Source: Candidatus Levyibacteriota bacterium (GTDB lineage Bacteria > Patescibacteriota > Microgenomatia > Levybacterales > UBA12049). From it: a stretch of 64,000 nt of DNA. Shown one piece after another: positions 48,145 through 59,305 of the stretch. Where the stretch lies: positions 268,104 to 332,103 of the forward strand of contig OY970292.1 in NCBI GenBank assembly GCA_963716145.1. The letters run 5' to 3'. Positions within the stretch are counted from its first letter, which is position 1; every line of letters starts with the position of its first letter. A program made the translations under genes and the position numbers. Under the pieces are notes generated by a model that had not been told where the DNA came from, made no database searches, and saw only the letters and a list, made by a program, of their open reading frames with translations.

Positions 48145-49422
48145 ATGGTAAGAATAGATACATTGAGAGGAAAAGACAACCTAAGAGATCCGGAAGTACA
48201 ACCAGTGTCAACAATTGCGTACCTTAGTCCAAATGGGAATTTCACGCACGTTGCTGCTTTGGAACTACAGCGGAAACAAAGCGCATATGAAGGAGCGCTG
48301 CTCATGGGCATACCATCAATAGATGGTATGTTTGAAGCGGTTGTGTCGGGCGGAGCATCATATGCACTAGTTCCAGTTGAAAATTCAACAGATGGAGCTG
48401 TGCCTAAAACGCATAAAAATTTATATGAACGGGAGGGATTACAAATCGTTGGAGAATTCGTATTGCCAATATCGCAAACCCTTTATTATCAAAATATCGA
48501 TATGGTTAGAATTGTAGCATCCAAAGATTCGGCTCTTGGGCAGTGCAGGAAAAACATCAAACGCTTGAACGATGAAATAAATAAAAAAAGAGTAAAAGAA
48601 GGAAAAGAAAAAATTATTCTACGGCTAGAAACCATGGAAAGCACGGGCGCTGCAGTTGCTGAAGCCGCGATAAAACCCTGGATTGCAGCATTGGGAAGTT
48701 CCATTTCCGCTGAGGCACAAAAAATTACAAATCTTCATAAAGAAGATGATTTTAACGATAGGGAATCTAACGCAACTACATTTGCGCTGGTTCAGCTTGC
48801 GAGAGAGCTGCCTCCTCCGACTGGAAATGACAAAACCACATTTACAATGACAATTCCTGACACGCAAGGATCGCTTGTGCATGCTCTTGATGTCCTTGCG
48901 AGAAACAACGTTGATCTGAACAAAATCAAATCAATCGGTAAGGAGAGTGGGACTGTTACATTCTTAATGTCTGCCGACGGCCATTTACAAGATGGTATCA
49001 TGCAGGAAGCACTTATCGCATTGGAAACAGATCCTGAAAGAGACATTAAGGTAAAAAGACTAGGTTCATATGCCAAAGATGATTATACTCCGGAGGAGAG
49101 TGAAGAAACATATGATTTTGAGGCAGCCATTGAAAGAATTGATAAAGAAGCAGGGAATGGTGAAGCAATGGATGAAAATAAAATGATTGCAATCTTCACG
49201 CTAAAAGACCACCCCGGAGCACTAAGAGATGCTTTAAGACCATTTGCTAACGCAGGGGTGAATCTTACGAAAATTGACTCACAGCCAAGCGGCATACATA
49301 ATGAGCACATCTTTTATGTAGCTTTTGATAAAACTACTAAAAACCAAGAAGCTCTATTGGATGAATTAAAGAGACAATCTCATTTTCATAAGGTAATTCC
49401 CGGCGGGGGAAAGAAAAAATAA
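48145..49422 (+). CDS. Prephenate dehydratase-like protein with two ACT domains
   Basis: IAYLSPNGNFT, VPVENSTDG, ALGQC, NATTF, then two ACT repeats (GSLVHAL..., PGALRDAL..FANAGVNLTKIDSQP). Confidence 0.8.
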   Translation: MVRIDTLRGKDNLRDPEVQPVSTIAYLSPNGNFTHVAALELQRKQSAYEGALLMGIPSIDGMFEAVVSGGASYALVPVENSTDGAVPKTHKNLYEREGLQIVGEFVLPISQTLYYQNIDMVRIVASKDSALGQCRKNIKRLNDEINKKRVKEGKEKIILRLETMESTGAAVAEAAIKPWIAALGSSISAEAQKITNLHKEDDFNDRESNATTFALVQLARELPPPTGNDKTTFTMTIPDTQGSLVHALDVLARNNVDLNKIKSIGKESGTVTFLMSADGHLQDGIMQEALIALETDPERDIKVKRLGSYAKDDYTPEESEETYDFEAAIERIDKEAGNGEAMDENKMIAIFTLKDHPGALRDALRPFANAGVNLTKIDSQPSGIHNEHIFYVAFDKTTKNQEALLDELKRQSHFHKVIPGGGKKK

Positions 49423-49442
49423 ATATATGCTACAATTTAATT

Positions 49443-50471
49443 ATGGAACATGAATTACTGACAATTAAAAATAACGCGCTTTCTCTCATCTTTGACGCGA
49501 AAGAGAAAAAAGAGCTTGAGGAAATAAAACTGCAATTTCTCGGACGATCTGGAGAACTTACACGAGTTCTTAAAGGGCTTCCCAAATTATCAGAAGATGA
49601 AAAACCAACTATCGGCAAAGTGGCCAATGAGGTAAAAACGATTATTGAAAACGCTATCAAGCAGAAAGAATCGGAACTTGGCAAGAAAAAAGACACAAAC
49701 TTTATACTTGATGTCACGGAACCTGGTATTAAACCGCCTCTGGGACATCTGCATTTAGTTACACAGGCTATCCGTGAAATAACACGGATTTTTGAGAGCA
49801 TAGGATTTACCAGAGTCAGTTATCCTGAAATTGAATGGGATTGGTACGCGTTTGAAGCGCTAAATTTCCCAAAGCACCATCCGGCAAGAGATGATTGGGA
49901 GACATTTTTCATCGACCAAAAACCAGATAGCAAAAAAGGGCCTGTTGTTCTAACTCCTCACACTTCATCCGGTCAAATCCGGGAATATGAAAAAGGTGAG
50001 CTTCCTATTAAGTGCTTAAATATTGCCAAATGCTATCGGAGGCAATCTGATGTCTCACATACTCCGGTGTTTCATCAATTTGAAACAATGGTTGTCGGAG
50101 AAAATATATCAATAGCAGATCTTAAGGGGGTTCTTGATTATTTTGTAAAGTCATACTTTGGACCTGATAGAAAATCAAGAATACGACCATATCATTTTCA
50201 ATTTACTGAGCCCTCATTTGAAACAGATATTTCTTGTGGCGTATGTAATGGAAAAGGCTGCAAGCTTTGCAAGGAGGGCTGGCTTGAGTTGGGAGGAGCA
50301 GGTATGGTTCATCCGAATGTATTAAAAAACACGGGTCTTGATCCGAAAAAATATTCAGGGTTTGCATCGGGCTGGGGCGTGGAGCGCGTTCTCATGATGA
50401 AAGACGGAATTCAAATAGATGATTTAAGGACGCTCTACGCAAATGATCTGGATTTTCTGCAACAATTTTAA
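49443..50471 (+). CDS. pheS: Phenylalanyl-tRNA synthetase alpha subunit
   Basis: HPARD, HTPVFHQ, FQFTEPS, GAGMVHP, GVER. Confidence 0.96.
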   Translation: MEHELLTIKNNALSLIFDAKEKKELEEIKLQFLGRSGELTRVLKGLPKLSEDEKPTIGKVANEVKTIIENAIKQKESELGKKKDTNFILDVTEPGIKPPLGHLHLVTQAIREITRIFESIGFTRVSYPEIEWDWYAFEALNFPKHHPARDDWETFFIDQKPDSKKGPVVLTPHTSSGQIREYEKGELPIKCLNIAKCYRRQSDVSHTPVFHQFETMVVGENISIADLKGVLDYFVKSYFGPDRKSRIRPYHFQFTEPSFETDISCGVCNGKGCKLCKEGWLELGGAGMVHPNVLKNTGLDPKKYSGFASGWGVERVLMMKDGIQIDDLRTLYANDLDFLQQF

Positions 50472-50473
50472 TT

Positions 50474-52425
50474 ATGAATATACAAATTCTGGACAGTTGG
50501 TTAAGAGAAAATTTAAAGACAAAAGCGTCTCCTAAACAAATTGCGGAGAAACTTTCTTTATCAAGTGTTTCTGTTGAGAAACTTGAGAAAAAGGGCGAGG
50601 ACTACCTTTACGATATTGAAGTAACCACCAATCGACCGGATCTTATGTCTGTTGTGGGTTTGGCACGCGAAGCAGCAACTGTCCTATCTCACAATGGCAT
50701 AGCTGCAGAATTCCAAAAACTTACCTTCCCAACTGTAACCACAAAACTAATTAAAGAAGAATTCACTATCGAAAATGATCCAAAACTTGTAAATAGAGTT
50801 TGTGCTGTCGTGATAGAAGTAACAGCAAAACCATCTCCCAAAAAAATAAAAGAAAGGCTTGAAGCAAGTAACATACGAAGTCTTAATAATATTATTGACG
50901 TTACAAATTATGTCATGCGGGCAATCGGTAATCCTATGCACGCGTTTGATTATGACTTGCTTGCGACCAAAAAATTTGTTATCCGCGAGTCCAGACCAGG
51001 CGAGAAATATACAACTCTTGATAATAAAGAATATATACTTCCTGGAGGCGATATTGTTGCAGATTACGGCACAGGAAAGATTGCCGATCTTCTGGGCGTA
51101 ATGGGTCCTAAGCAAAGCGCAGTTAGCGATGCAACGAAAAGAATTTTATTCTTTGTTGACAACAATGAACCGCATCGTATCCGCAAAACCTCAATGTCAC
51201 TTGGTCTTCGGACAGAGGCAGCTATTCTTAATGAAAAAGGAATTGATCCTGAACTCTCTATGGATGCGCTTTTGTATGGAGTAAAACTTTATGAGGAATT
51301 TGCTGATGGAAAAGTGATTTCTGAAATCATTGACATATATCCAAATAAAGTAAAACGCAACGAGATAATAGTGAATGAGGATAAAATAAACTCCGTAATT
51401 GGTATCGCAGTTCCGCTTAAGACTTCATCATCGATTTTGAAGAGTCTTGGATTTGAAGTTGAAATTAAAGATAGATCCCTTTTAGTTAAACCGCCATCTT
51501 TCAGAACCCGTGACGTAGAAATCACGGAAGATGTAATTGAGGAAATTGCAAGAATCTATGGATATGAAAACATTCCCAACCGGATACCTGAACTTACCAA
51601 TCAAAAACCATTTAATTTTTCAAAAAATCAATTCTTTTTTGAAGATAGAACAAAAGACGCCCTTAAGTATTGGGGCTTTACTGAAAGCTATACCTACCCG
51701 ATGGTTTCAGAAGATCTATATGAGGGCCACCAGACTCTTCAGTAAAAATAAAAAATCCCTTGAATGAAGAATTTGTCTATATGAGGATGAGTCTCGTGCC
51801 AAGCCTGTTAAAGGTAGTAAAGGATAATAAAACTCACCCGATTATAAAAATCTTTGAAATTGCAAATGTTTATGAAAAAAACGGCGATGGTCTGCCAAAG
51901 CAAATTCAAAAAATTGCGGGAATCGTTAAAAAACCAGGAGCATCTTTTTATGAGGTAAAAGGAGTAATTGAGCAGCTTTTTTTGGATCTTGGAATAAAAA
52001 ATGCGATCTTTAAACAAACGATGGCCGGTACCGGGGCAACAATTTCTATAGGTAAAGAAGAATTGGGAGATATTGAAGTCTTAGCCCGGGACACAATTGA
52101 TTTTGAGCTGAATTTTGAACAAATCCTCAAACACGCAACTGTCAAAAAAGTATATAAAACAATCAGCAAGTTCCCGCAATTCGTTGAAGATCTGGCAATT
52201 ATCGCGCCGGAGAAAATTCAAACAGGAGAGATAATTGAAACAATCAAAGCTCAAAATGAGCTTGTCATCGACGTATCGCTTCTGGATAAATATGAGGAGA
52301 CAAGAACGTTTCATATTGCTTATCAGAGTGATAGTAGAAATCTTACGGGAAAAGAGGTGGGAGAAATTAGAGAAAAGATTCTAAAAGCTCTAAAAGAAAA
52401 ACATAACGCACTGCTTAAAGAATAA
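50474..52425 (+). CDS. pheT: Phenylalanyl-tRNA synthetase beta subunit (frameshift near 51726)
   Basis: TTNRPDL, DVTNYVM, EEIARIYGY; one extra G joins to KNPLNEE..MRMSLVPSLL. Confidence 0.93.
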
Positions 52426-52427
52426 GT

Positions 52428-53150
52428 ATGAAAACTACACAAATTTATCTAGACGATTCTTATCAAACAGAAATGGACGCAAAGATATTAGAAATCCAAC
52501 CGGAAGCTGACGGTAAATGGAGAATAATACTTGACCAAACGGTTTTTTACCCTATGGGTGGAGGGCAGCCTACAGATCAAGGGAAATTATCTTCTGATTC
52601 ATGGAGTGGGGATGTGTATCAAGTGATGATGAAGGATGGGGAGATCTGGCACTACGTAAATGCACAAAATTCTCCGACAGCCGGAGACACCGTACATGGA
52701 ACAATTGACTGGGATAGAAGATACAAAAACATGAGAGTGCATACAGGGGGACATATAGTGGATTTTGCGATGTATCTTCTCGGATATTCACCAAAGCAGC
52801 TTTCACCTCTAAAAGCAGATCACGGAAAAAAAGCTTATATCGTTTATCAAGGGACTGTGCGGGATGAAATAAAACAAAAGCTCGAAGAAAAAGCAAATGA
52901 GTTGGTAGAAAAAGATTTAAAGTTTTCTTGGGATTTCCAACCTTTGGAAGCTTTGCAAAAAGAAGCGATTTATCTTCAACCAAATCTGCCGACAAATAAA
53001 CCTCTCCGAACATTCCGGCTTGAAGGAGTAGGCGCGGTGGCAGATGGGGGAACTCAACTTCACTCGACAAAAGAAGCAGGAAAAATCCTGATTGACGAAA
53101 TAACATCTGACGAAGAGAATACAATAGTGAAATATTCACTCGGTAATTGA
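52428..53150 (+). CDS. AlaX-like tRNA trans-editing protein
   Basis: DQTVFYPMGGGQPTD, IDWDRR, HTGGH; DGGTQ in place of CGGTH. Confidence 0.85.
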   Translation: MKTTQIYLDDSYQTEMDAKILEIQPEADGKWRIILDQTVFYPMGGGQPTDQGKLSSDSWSGDVYQVMMKDGEIWHYVNAQNSPTAGDTVHGTIDWDRRYKNMRVHTGGHIVDFAMYLLGYSPKQLSPLKADHGKKAYIVYQGTVRDEIKQKLEEKANELVEKDLKFSWDFQPLEALQKEAIYLQPNLPTNKPLRTFRLEGVGAVADGGTQLHSTKEAGKILIDEITSDEENTIVKYSLGN

Positions 53151-53154
53151 AAAT

Positions 53155-53424
53155 ATGTCAGAAATTGCAGAGTTAAGAAACGAAATTAAAAAATTAAAAG
53201 AGCGAAATAAAAAAGTGGAAACAAATAAAGCTTGGGAATTAAGTTGGACACGAAGATTAATATTAGCTATTCTTACTTATGTAATAGCAGCCATTACTTT
53301 GCAGACATTAAGCAACTCGTCTCCCTGGACGAACGCCGTAATTCCGGCAATCGGCTTTTTCCTATCAACTCTTACTCTTACCCTTGTCAAAAACTTCTGG
53401 AAAACATATATATACGGCAGATAA
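53155..53424 (+). CDS. Small membrane protein
   Basis: KAWELSWTRR followed by two TM helices. Confidence 0.7.
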   Translation: MSEIAELRNEIKKLKERNKKVETNKAWELSWTRRLILAILTYVIAAITLQTLSNSSPWTNAVIPAIGFFLSTLTLTLVKNFWKTYIYGR

Positions 53425-55762
53425 TTAAGGAGTTGGCGACAGCGTTGGTGTGATTGCGGCTCCGCTGACTGCTGGAACAGGTGTTGGAGTAGGTTCGTCT
53501 TTTTTGTCCTCATGCTTTGGATTTTTTACATCATCCGGCGCATGATACATCTTGTCATCTTTATGGTTTTGCTCAATCCATGCATCAATTCCTTCCTGCC
53601 ATCTATTTTTGCCGTCAGTCGAAACAGGATCATCTTCGTGAAATATCAGATAGTTTTGCCCATCTTTGCTTTTATAGATAGGCGATTCGCTTGTGGGCTC
53701 TGTCCCTTTGACAAAATATTCTGACCTTGTTGGCTGCCCTCCGTGAGGCAAACCTCCGGCCAAAGTATCAATCTGAAGCGCTACCACGCTATCAGGCTTT
53801 TGCGGCTGCTCATCCGCTTTATCCTTAAGTACAAAAGTCATTATCTTATTCCAGATAGGCGAAGCTCCCGTTACACCACTGGCAATAACAGGATTCATTG
53901 GCGCATTGTTATTGTTGCCGACCCATACCCCAACCACATATGATGGAGTATATCCTACCGTCCAGTTATCTCTTTTGTCATCAGTCGTACCTGTTTTGAC
54001 AGATACGGTTTTACCGGGGATATTGAGAGCGGAGCTTGGTCCAAACGCCGCGGATCTTGCATTATTATCCAAAAGCATATGAGAAATTACGAATGCTACT
54101 CCCTCCGACAGTACTTTTTTTCCTTCCGTTTTTTTCTTCTCGTATAACACCTTTCCTTTTGGATCTGTCACTTTAAGTATTGTGACCGATTCTTGCTTCA
54201 CCCCTTTATTTGCAAAAACACTGTAAGCCGTAACTTCATCAAGCAAAGATGCTTCACGTCCTCCCAAAACCAGAGACAATCCAACGCTCGCGCGGTTTTT
54301 TGCTGTGGCTCCCAATTTTGAATCCCCATTTCATAAGCTTTTCGCATCACAGGCTCTATGCCCACCATTGCGAGCATTTTCACAGCGGGGATGTTAAATG
54401 AGTTACCTAAAGCAAACCTGGCCTGCACCGGCCCCTAAATTTTCCATCGTAGTTTGGTGGTGTATAAATAGGGGGTACACCGCTCACTGGAAAATCAGTT
54501 TTGGTATCCATTATCAAGGTAGCAGCTGTATATCCCTTTTCCAAGGCCACAGCGTATATAACAGGCTTCATTGATGATCCTGGTTGTCTGGTATTTTTGA
54601 TTGCGACATTTGGGTCAGGATCAAATACGCAGTCTGCTCCGGAGGTACAACCCTCAGGCGCCGACTTGCCAAAATAATCCTTACTTCCAACCATTGCCAG
54701 AATTTCACCACTTTTAGGATCAGCAACTACTGCTGCTCCATTACCCACCTTGTATGTTTTCAATTTATCTACCTCATCCTGCACGATTTGTTCGGCTTTT
54801 TCTTGAATTTTGTAATCAAGAGAAGTTGTGACCTGAAGACCTCCTGTAGCAACAGCCTGTTCACCAAACTGTTTTGCCAAAATTTCCCTTACATACATTA
54901 CAAAATGGGGAGCTTTGATTGCTTCATCGCGTTCCGAAAATTTATAATTTTTTATCTCATTGAATGCATCGTTTGATTCACTTTGCGAGATATAATTATT
55001 TGCAACCATTTGGCGAAGAACTGCCTGTGTGCGCTCAATATAATATTTTTGACCACTAAAAGGCGCGTAACGCGACGGGCTTTGGGGAAGACCGGCCAGA
55101 AAAGCAGATTCGGCAAGATCCATATCTTTTGATTTTTTTCCAAAATATTGCTGAGAGGCAGCTTCAACTCCTATTGCGGTTCCGCCATAAGGAATGTTAT
55201 TCAAATACATTTCCAATATTTCGTCTTTTTTATACTTTTGATTAACTTGGATGGCCAAAATCAGTTCTTTAATTTTTCTTGGCAAACTCCGCTCGTTGGA
55301 AAGAAGCACGTTCTTTACTAATTGCTGAGTAATTGTCGATCCTCCGGTCAATCCATGACCAAGGAGTGCATCTCTCGCAACTCTAACATAGGCGAGAGGG
55401 GAAAAACCATTATTTTTGTAAAAATCCTTATCCTCAATTGAAATAGTCGCTTCCTGAAGCTTTTTGGGGATTTGATCCAACTTTACATAAGTTCTGTTCT
55501 CATCCTGATAAACTGAGTAAAGAAGATCTCCTTTTCTATCGTAAATCCGTGTTGCGTCTTTGTATTTTGAAGTCACCAGTTTTCCAGGTGTAGGCAGATC
55601 ACGAGAGAACCATAAGAACATTAAGGGGATAGCTACAATTACCCCAATTAATGCATACAATGCGTATTTGAATATCTTGTCATTGGTCAATATTCCGGAA
55701 AGGTCGAATTTAGTCTTTTGCCTATTTAGTCTGCTGCGCCGCCGCCTGGGTCTGTAATCCAT
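53425..55762 (-). CDS. Class A penicillin-binding protein (PBP1A family); frameshifts near 54432 and 54308
   Basis: EDKDF, GGSTITQQL, RKIKE, QPGSSMK, SFN and KTGT motifs spread over three frames. Confidence 0.92.
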
Positions 55763-55816
55763 AGAACTATCTATATTATAGCAAAAATTCAAAATAAATA
55801 TGTTATACTTTTAGAA

Positions 55817-57022
55817 ATGGAGAAGATTGAAGAATTATTGACAAGAGGAGTTGACAAAATTTACCCAACCAAAGAAGTATTAGAAAAAGTTCTAAGATCC
55901 GGAAAGAAACTTAGGCTTTATCAGGGTTTTGACCCCACAGGAACACAGCTCCACATCGGCCACATGGTGGGCTTTCGCAAACTTAGACAATGGCAAGATT
56001 TAGGACATCACGTTATTTTCTTGATAGGGGACGGCACTGGACAAGCAGGAGATCCGTCTGGCAAGACGAAAGCGAGGGACAAGTTTATGACACAGGAAGA
56101 GCTTCGTAAAAATGCAAATGATTACGTCCTGCAAGCCAAAAACATAGTTAATTTTGAGGGAGAAAATCCTGTTGAAATTCTTTACAATGGAGATTGGCTT
56201 AACAAACTGAGGTTAGTGGACATCTTGGATATTGCCGGTAATTTTTCGCTCCAACAGTTAGCAGAACGGGATCTTTTTCAAGAAAGGATGAAAAAAGGCG
56301 AAACTGTGAATCTTCGCGAATTTCTTTACCCGATTCTACAAGGATATGATTCAGTCGCTATGAAAGTAGATCTTGAAATTGGCGGATCCGACCAAACCTT
56401 CAACATGCTTGCCGGCAGATCTCTTGTCAAAACAATGCAAAACAGAGATAAATTTGTTATGACGACTCCGCTCCTTACGGATTCTGAGGGTCGGAAAATT
56501 GGAAAAACCGAAGGAAACATCATAGGCTTAACAGATCACCCAAATGAACTGTTTGCAAAAATAATGGGCCTATCCGACGATGTAATCGTAAAAGCATTTG
56601 AATATTTGACTGGCATTCCAATGGATTCAATAAGCGAAATTGAAAATAGAATTAAAAAGGGAGATAATCCAATTAAATATAAAAAACAGCTTGCGTATGA
56701 AATCACAAAACAGTTAAACTCCGGAGAAGAAGCTGAAAAGGCTCAAAGACATTTTGAAAAGACCGTTCAGGATAGAGAAATCCCAACCGACATCCCAGTG
56801 GTTGCTGTTAAAACGGGCAGAAATATACTAGATGTTCTTGTTGAAATAGGTCTTGTCCTTAGTAAATCTGATGCGAAAAGATTGATAGAGCAAGGTGGGG
56901 TGGAAATTGACAATGAAAGAATTATGGATGGCAATTTGCCTTTTGAAACTTTAGCAAAAAATGAAGAGACTGTTATTCAAGTTGGCAAAAGAAAATTTGT
57001 TAAGGTAAAAATAGAAAAATAA
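55817..57022 (+). CDS. tyrS: Tyrosyl-tRNA synthetase
   Basis: GFDPT..LHIGH, YPILQGYD, GGSDQ, KIGKT, C-terminal S4 domain. Confidence 0.96.
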   Translation: MEKIEELLTRGVDKIYPTKEVLEKVLRSGKKLRLYQGFDPTGTQLHIGHMVGFRKLRQWQDLGHHVIFLIGDGTGQAGDPSGKTKARDKFMTQEELRKNANDYVLQAKNIVNFEGENPVEILYNGDWLNKLRLVDILDIAGNFSLQQLAERDLFQERMKKGETVNLREFLYPILQGYDSVAMKVDLEIGGSDQTFNMLAGRSLVKTMQNRDKFVMTTPLLTDSEGRKIGKTEGNIIGLTDHPNELFAKIMGLSDDVIVKAFEYLTGIPMDSISEIENRIKKGDNPIKYKKQLAYEITKQLNSGEEAEKAQRHFEKTVQDREIPTDIPVVAVKTGRNILDVLVEIGLVLSKSDAKRLIEQGGVEIDNERIMDGNLPFETLAKNEETVIQVGKRKFVKVKIEK

Positions 57023-57040
57023 TTTGTTATAATATACCTT

Positions 57041-57151
57041 ATGGAAACTTTTGGAAAACACAAAACTATTTGGAAAGTAATTATGATAGTAGCAAGCCTT
57101 GCCCTAATCGCGGCAACATTCCTCCCGTACATTACACTATTAAATCAATAA
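57041..57151 (+). CDS. Small single-TM protein METFGKHKTIWKVIMIVASLALIAATFLPYITLLNQ
   Basis: 36 codons, leaderless behind TGTTATAAT (57025-57033), ends 7 nt before recG. Confidence 0.65.
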   Translation: METFGKHKTIWKVIMIVASLALIAATFLPYITLLNQ

Positions 57152-57158
57152 TAACTTT

Positions 57159-59255
57159 ATGAGTTTGCAATCTCCTATTACCCAGGGAAGCAGGTCTCTT
57201 AAAATGTTTGCCGGAAGACTGGAAAAACTCGGAATTTTCACATACGAAGACTTTCTTTTTCATCTTCCAACTCGTTATGAAGATTACTCAATAATCTCCA
57301 AAATAGGCCAAGTCCAAGCAGGAGAAACAGTGACTATCCAAGGGAAGGTAATAGATATTAAAAATCAATACCTAAAAGGTAGGCGGATTAAAACTATTCA
57401 AAAGGCAATAGTTGCCGATGAGACCGGCAAAATCGAGCTAGTATGGTTTAACCAGCCTTTTCTTATAAAATCCTTGATTGAAGGAAGCGCCGTTTCAGTC
57501 TCCGGCAAAATCGAATCATCCAAAAAAGGATTATCTATCTCTTCACCAATTTATGAAATAATTTATGAGAATCAACCAAATCCTATACACACTGGGCGCT
57601 TAATTCCTGTTTACCCTGAAACAAAAGGAGTATCCTCCAAATGGTTAAGGCGGCAAATTCATAATACAATTGATCAATACGAGGGCGAACTCGATGAATA
57701 CCTGCCTTTAGATTTAATTGAGCAGAATAATTTTTTGGATTTAAAAACTGCGATAAAAGAAATTCACTTCCCCGTATCCTTTGATAAGGCGGAAAAAGCA
57801 CGTATCAGACTTTCATTTGATGAATTACTTCTTGTCCAACTCGCAGCTGACAAAAGAAGATATGCGTGGAAAGAAAAAAATACAATAAAACCATTTAGTG
57901 TTGGGGAATATAAAAAAGAGCTTGATGAGCTCATTGCTTCTTTGCCGTTTCAACTTACCAATTCTCAAACCAAAGCAATAGGGGAAATCCTAAGAGATCT
58001 TGCAAAAAATAAACCCATGAACAGACTTTTGCAGGGTGATGTAGGGTCGGGTAAAACAGTTGTAGCTGCAATCGCGATATATTTATCTTTTTTGAACGGC
58101 TATCAGTCAGTATTCATGGCGCCAACCGAGATACTCGCCAATCAACATTTTGAAACAATTTCCAAACTTTTATCTCCCTTGGGAATTAAGGTTGAGTTAG
58201 CAACTGGTAGCAACAAAAGTATAAAGGATAAAGTATTAAGTATAAAGCAAAATAAAAACGTCGAAAAAAAGCTTAATACTTTATACTTTCCCCTTGATAC
58301 TGACATATTGGTCGGGACACATGCTGTGCTCTCGGAAAAAGTTAAATTTAAAAAGCTCGGCTTTGTTGTAATTGATGAGCAGCAGCGCTTTGGAGTAGCG
58401 CAAAGAGGAGTAATAAGAGGCAAAGGAAAAAATCCACATCTCTTGACCATGACCGCTACTCCGATTCCGCGGACAGTCGCCCTGACAATGTATGGCGACT
58501 TGGATCTTTCCTATTTACATGATATGCCAATGGGGCGAAAAATTATCAAAACATGGCTTGTGCCGCCTGAAAAAAGAGATCCCGGATATGAGTGGATAAA
58601 AAGGCAAATTAAAGAAACCAGCTCGCAGGTATTTATTATCTGTCCTTTCATTGAAGAATCTGAAAGCATGCAGACCATTAAAGCAGCAAAGGGGGAGTTT
58701 GAAAGACTGCAAAATGAGGTTTTTCAAAACTTCAAACTTGGACTACTTCATGGAAGACTAAAATCCAAAGAAAAAGAAGAAGTGCTCAGCAAGTTCAGAA
58801 AAGGTGAATTTGATATTTTAGTGGCAACACCTGTAGTAGAAGTCGGAATTGATATTCCTAACGCGACAATAATCATGATTGAGGCCGCTGAACGGTTTGG
58901 TCTTGCCCAGCTCCACCAATTAAGAGGCCGTGTTGGAAGGGGAGAGAAGCAATCTTATTGTCTTTTGTTTACAGACAGCAAGCAAGCTCAAAATTCACAA
59001 CGACTTAAAGGGATGGAAACTCTCTATTCGGGAGCGGAGCTGGCTGAGCTGGATTTAAAACTCCGTGGACCGGGTAATATGTATGGAACTGCTCAGCATG
59101 GGATCCCCAAATTAAAAGCTGCCTCATTTTCTGATACAGATTTAATTAAAAGAGCCAAGCGCGTTGCTGACCGGATATTTTCTGACTTGGCAAAATATCC
59201 AAAGTTACAAGAAAAAGTAGATATCATAACTGAGCAATTAGTCTCACCTGATTGA
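57159..59255 (+). CDS. recG: ATP-dependent DNA helicase RecG
   Basis: LLQGDVGSGKT, DEQQRFG, TATPIPR, QLRGRVGR. Confidence 0.96.
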   Translation: MSLQSPITQGSRSLKMFAGRLEKLGIFTYEDFLFHLPTRYEDYSIISKIGQVQAGETVTIQGKVIDIKNQYLKGRRIKTIQKAIVADETGKIELVWFNQPFLIKSLIEGSAVSVSGKIESSKKGLSISSPIYEIIYENQPNPIHTGRLIPVYPETKGVSSKWLRRQIHNTIDQYEGELDEYLPLDLIEQNNFLDLKTAIKEIHFPVSFDKAEKARIRLSFDELLLVQLAADKRRYAWKEKNTIKPFSVGEYKKELDELIASLPFQLTNSQTKAIGEILRDLAKNKPMNRLLQGDVGSGKTVVAAIAIYLSFLNGYQSVFMAPTEILANQHFETISKLLSPLGIKVELATGSNKSIKDKVLSIKQNKNVEKKLNTLYFPLDTDILVGTHAVLSEKVKFKKLGFVVIDEQQRFGVAQRGVIRGKGKNPHLLTMTATPIPRTVALTMYGDLDLSYLHDMPMGRKIIKTWLVPPEKRDPGYEWIKRQIKETSSQVFIICPFIEESESMQTIKAAKGEFERLQNEVFQNFKLGLLHGRLKSKEKEEVLSKFRKGEFDILVATPVVEVGIDIPNATIIMIEAAERFGLAQLHQLRGRVGRGEKQSYCLLFTDSKQAQNSQRLKGMETLYSGAELAELDLKLRGPGNMYGTAQHGIPKLKAASFSDTDLIKRAKRVADRIFSDLAKYPKLQEKVDIITEQLVSPD

Positions 59256-59305
59256 TTCAGGCAAATACTTGACAAATTACCTATAGATCAATTAGGCTTA
59301 AATAG

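Noticed and set aside
11443-55762. Split typA, thrS, pheT, PBP1A, ilvA and others as pseudogenes or programmed frameshifts
   Set aside because: Several are essential, and nearly all are repaired by adding 1-2 nt to a homopolymer with no other decay; sequencing error is more parsimonious
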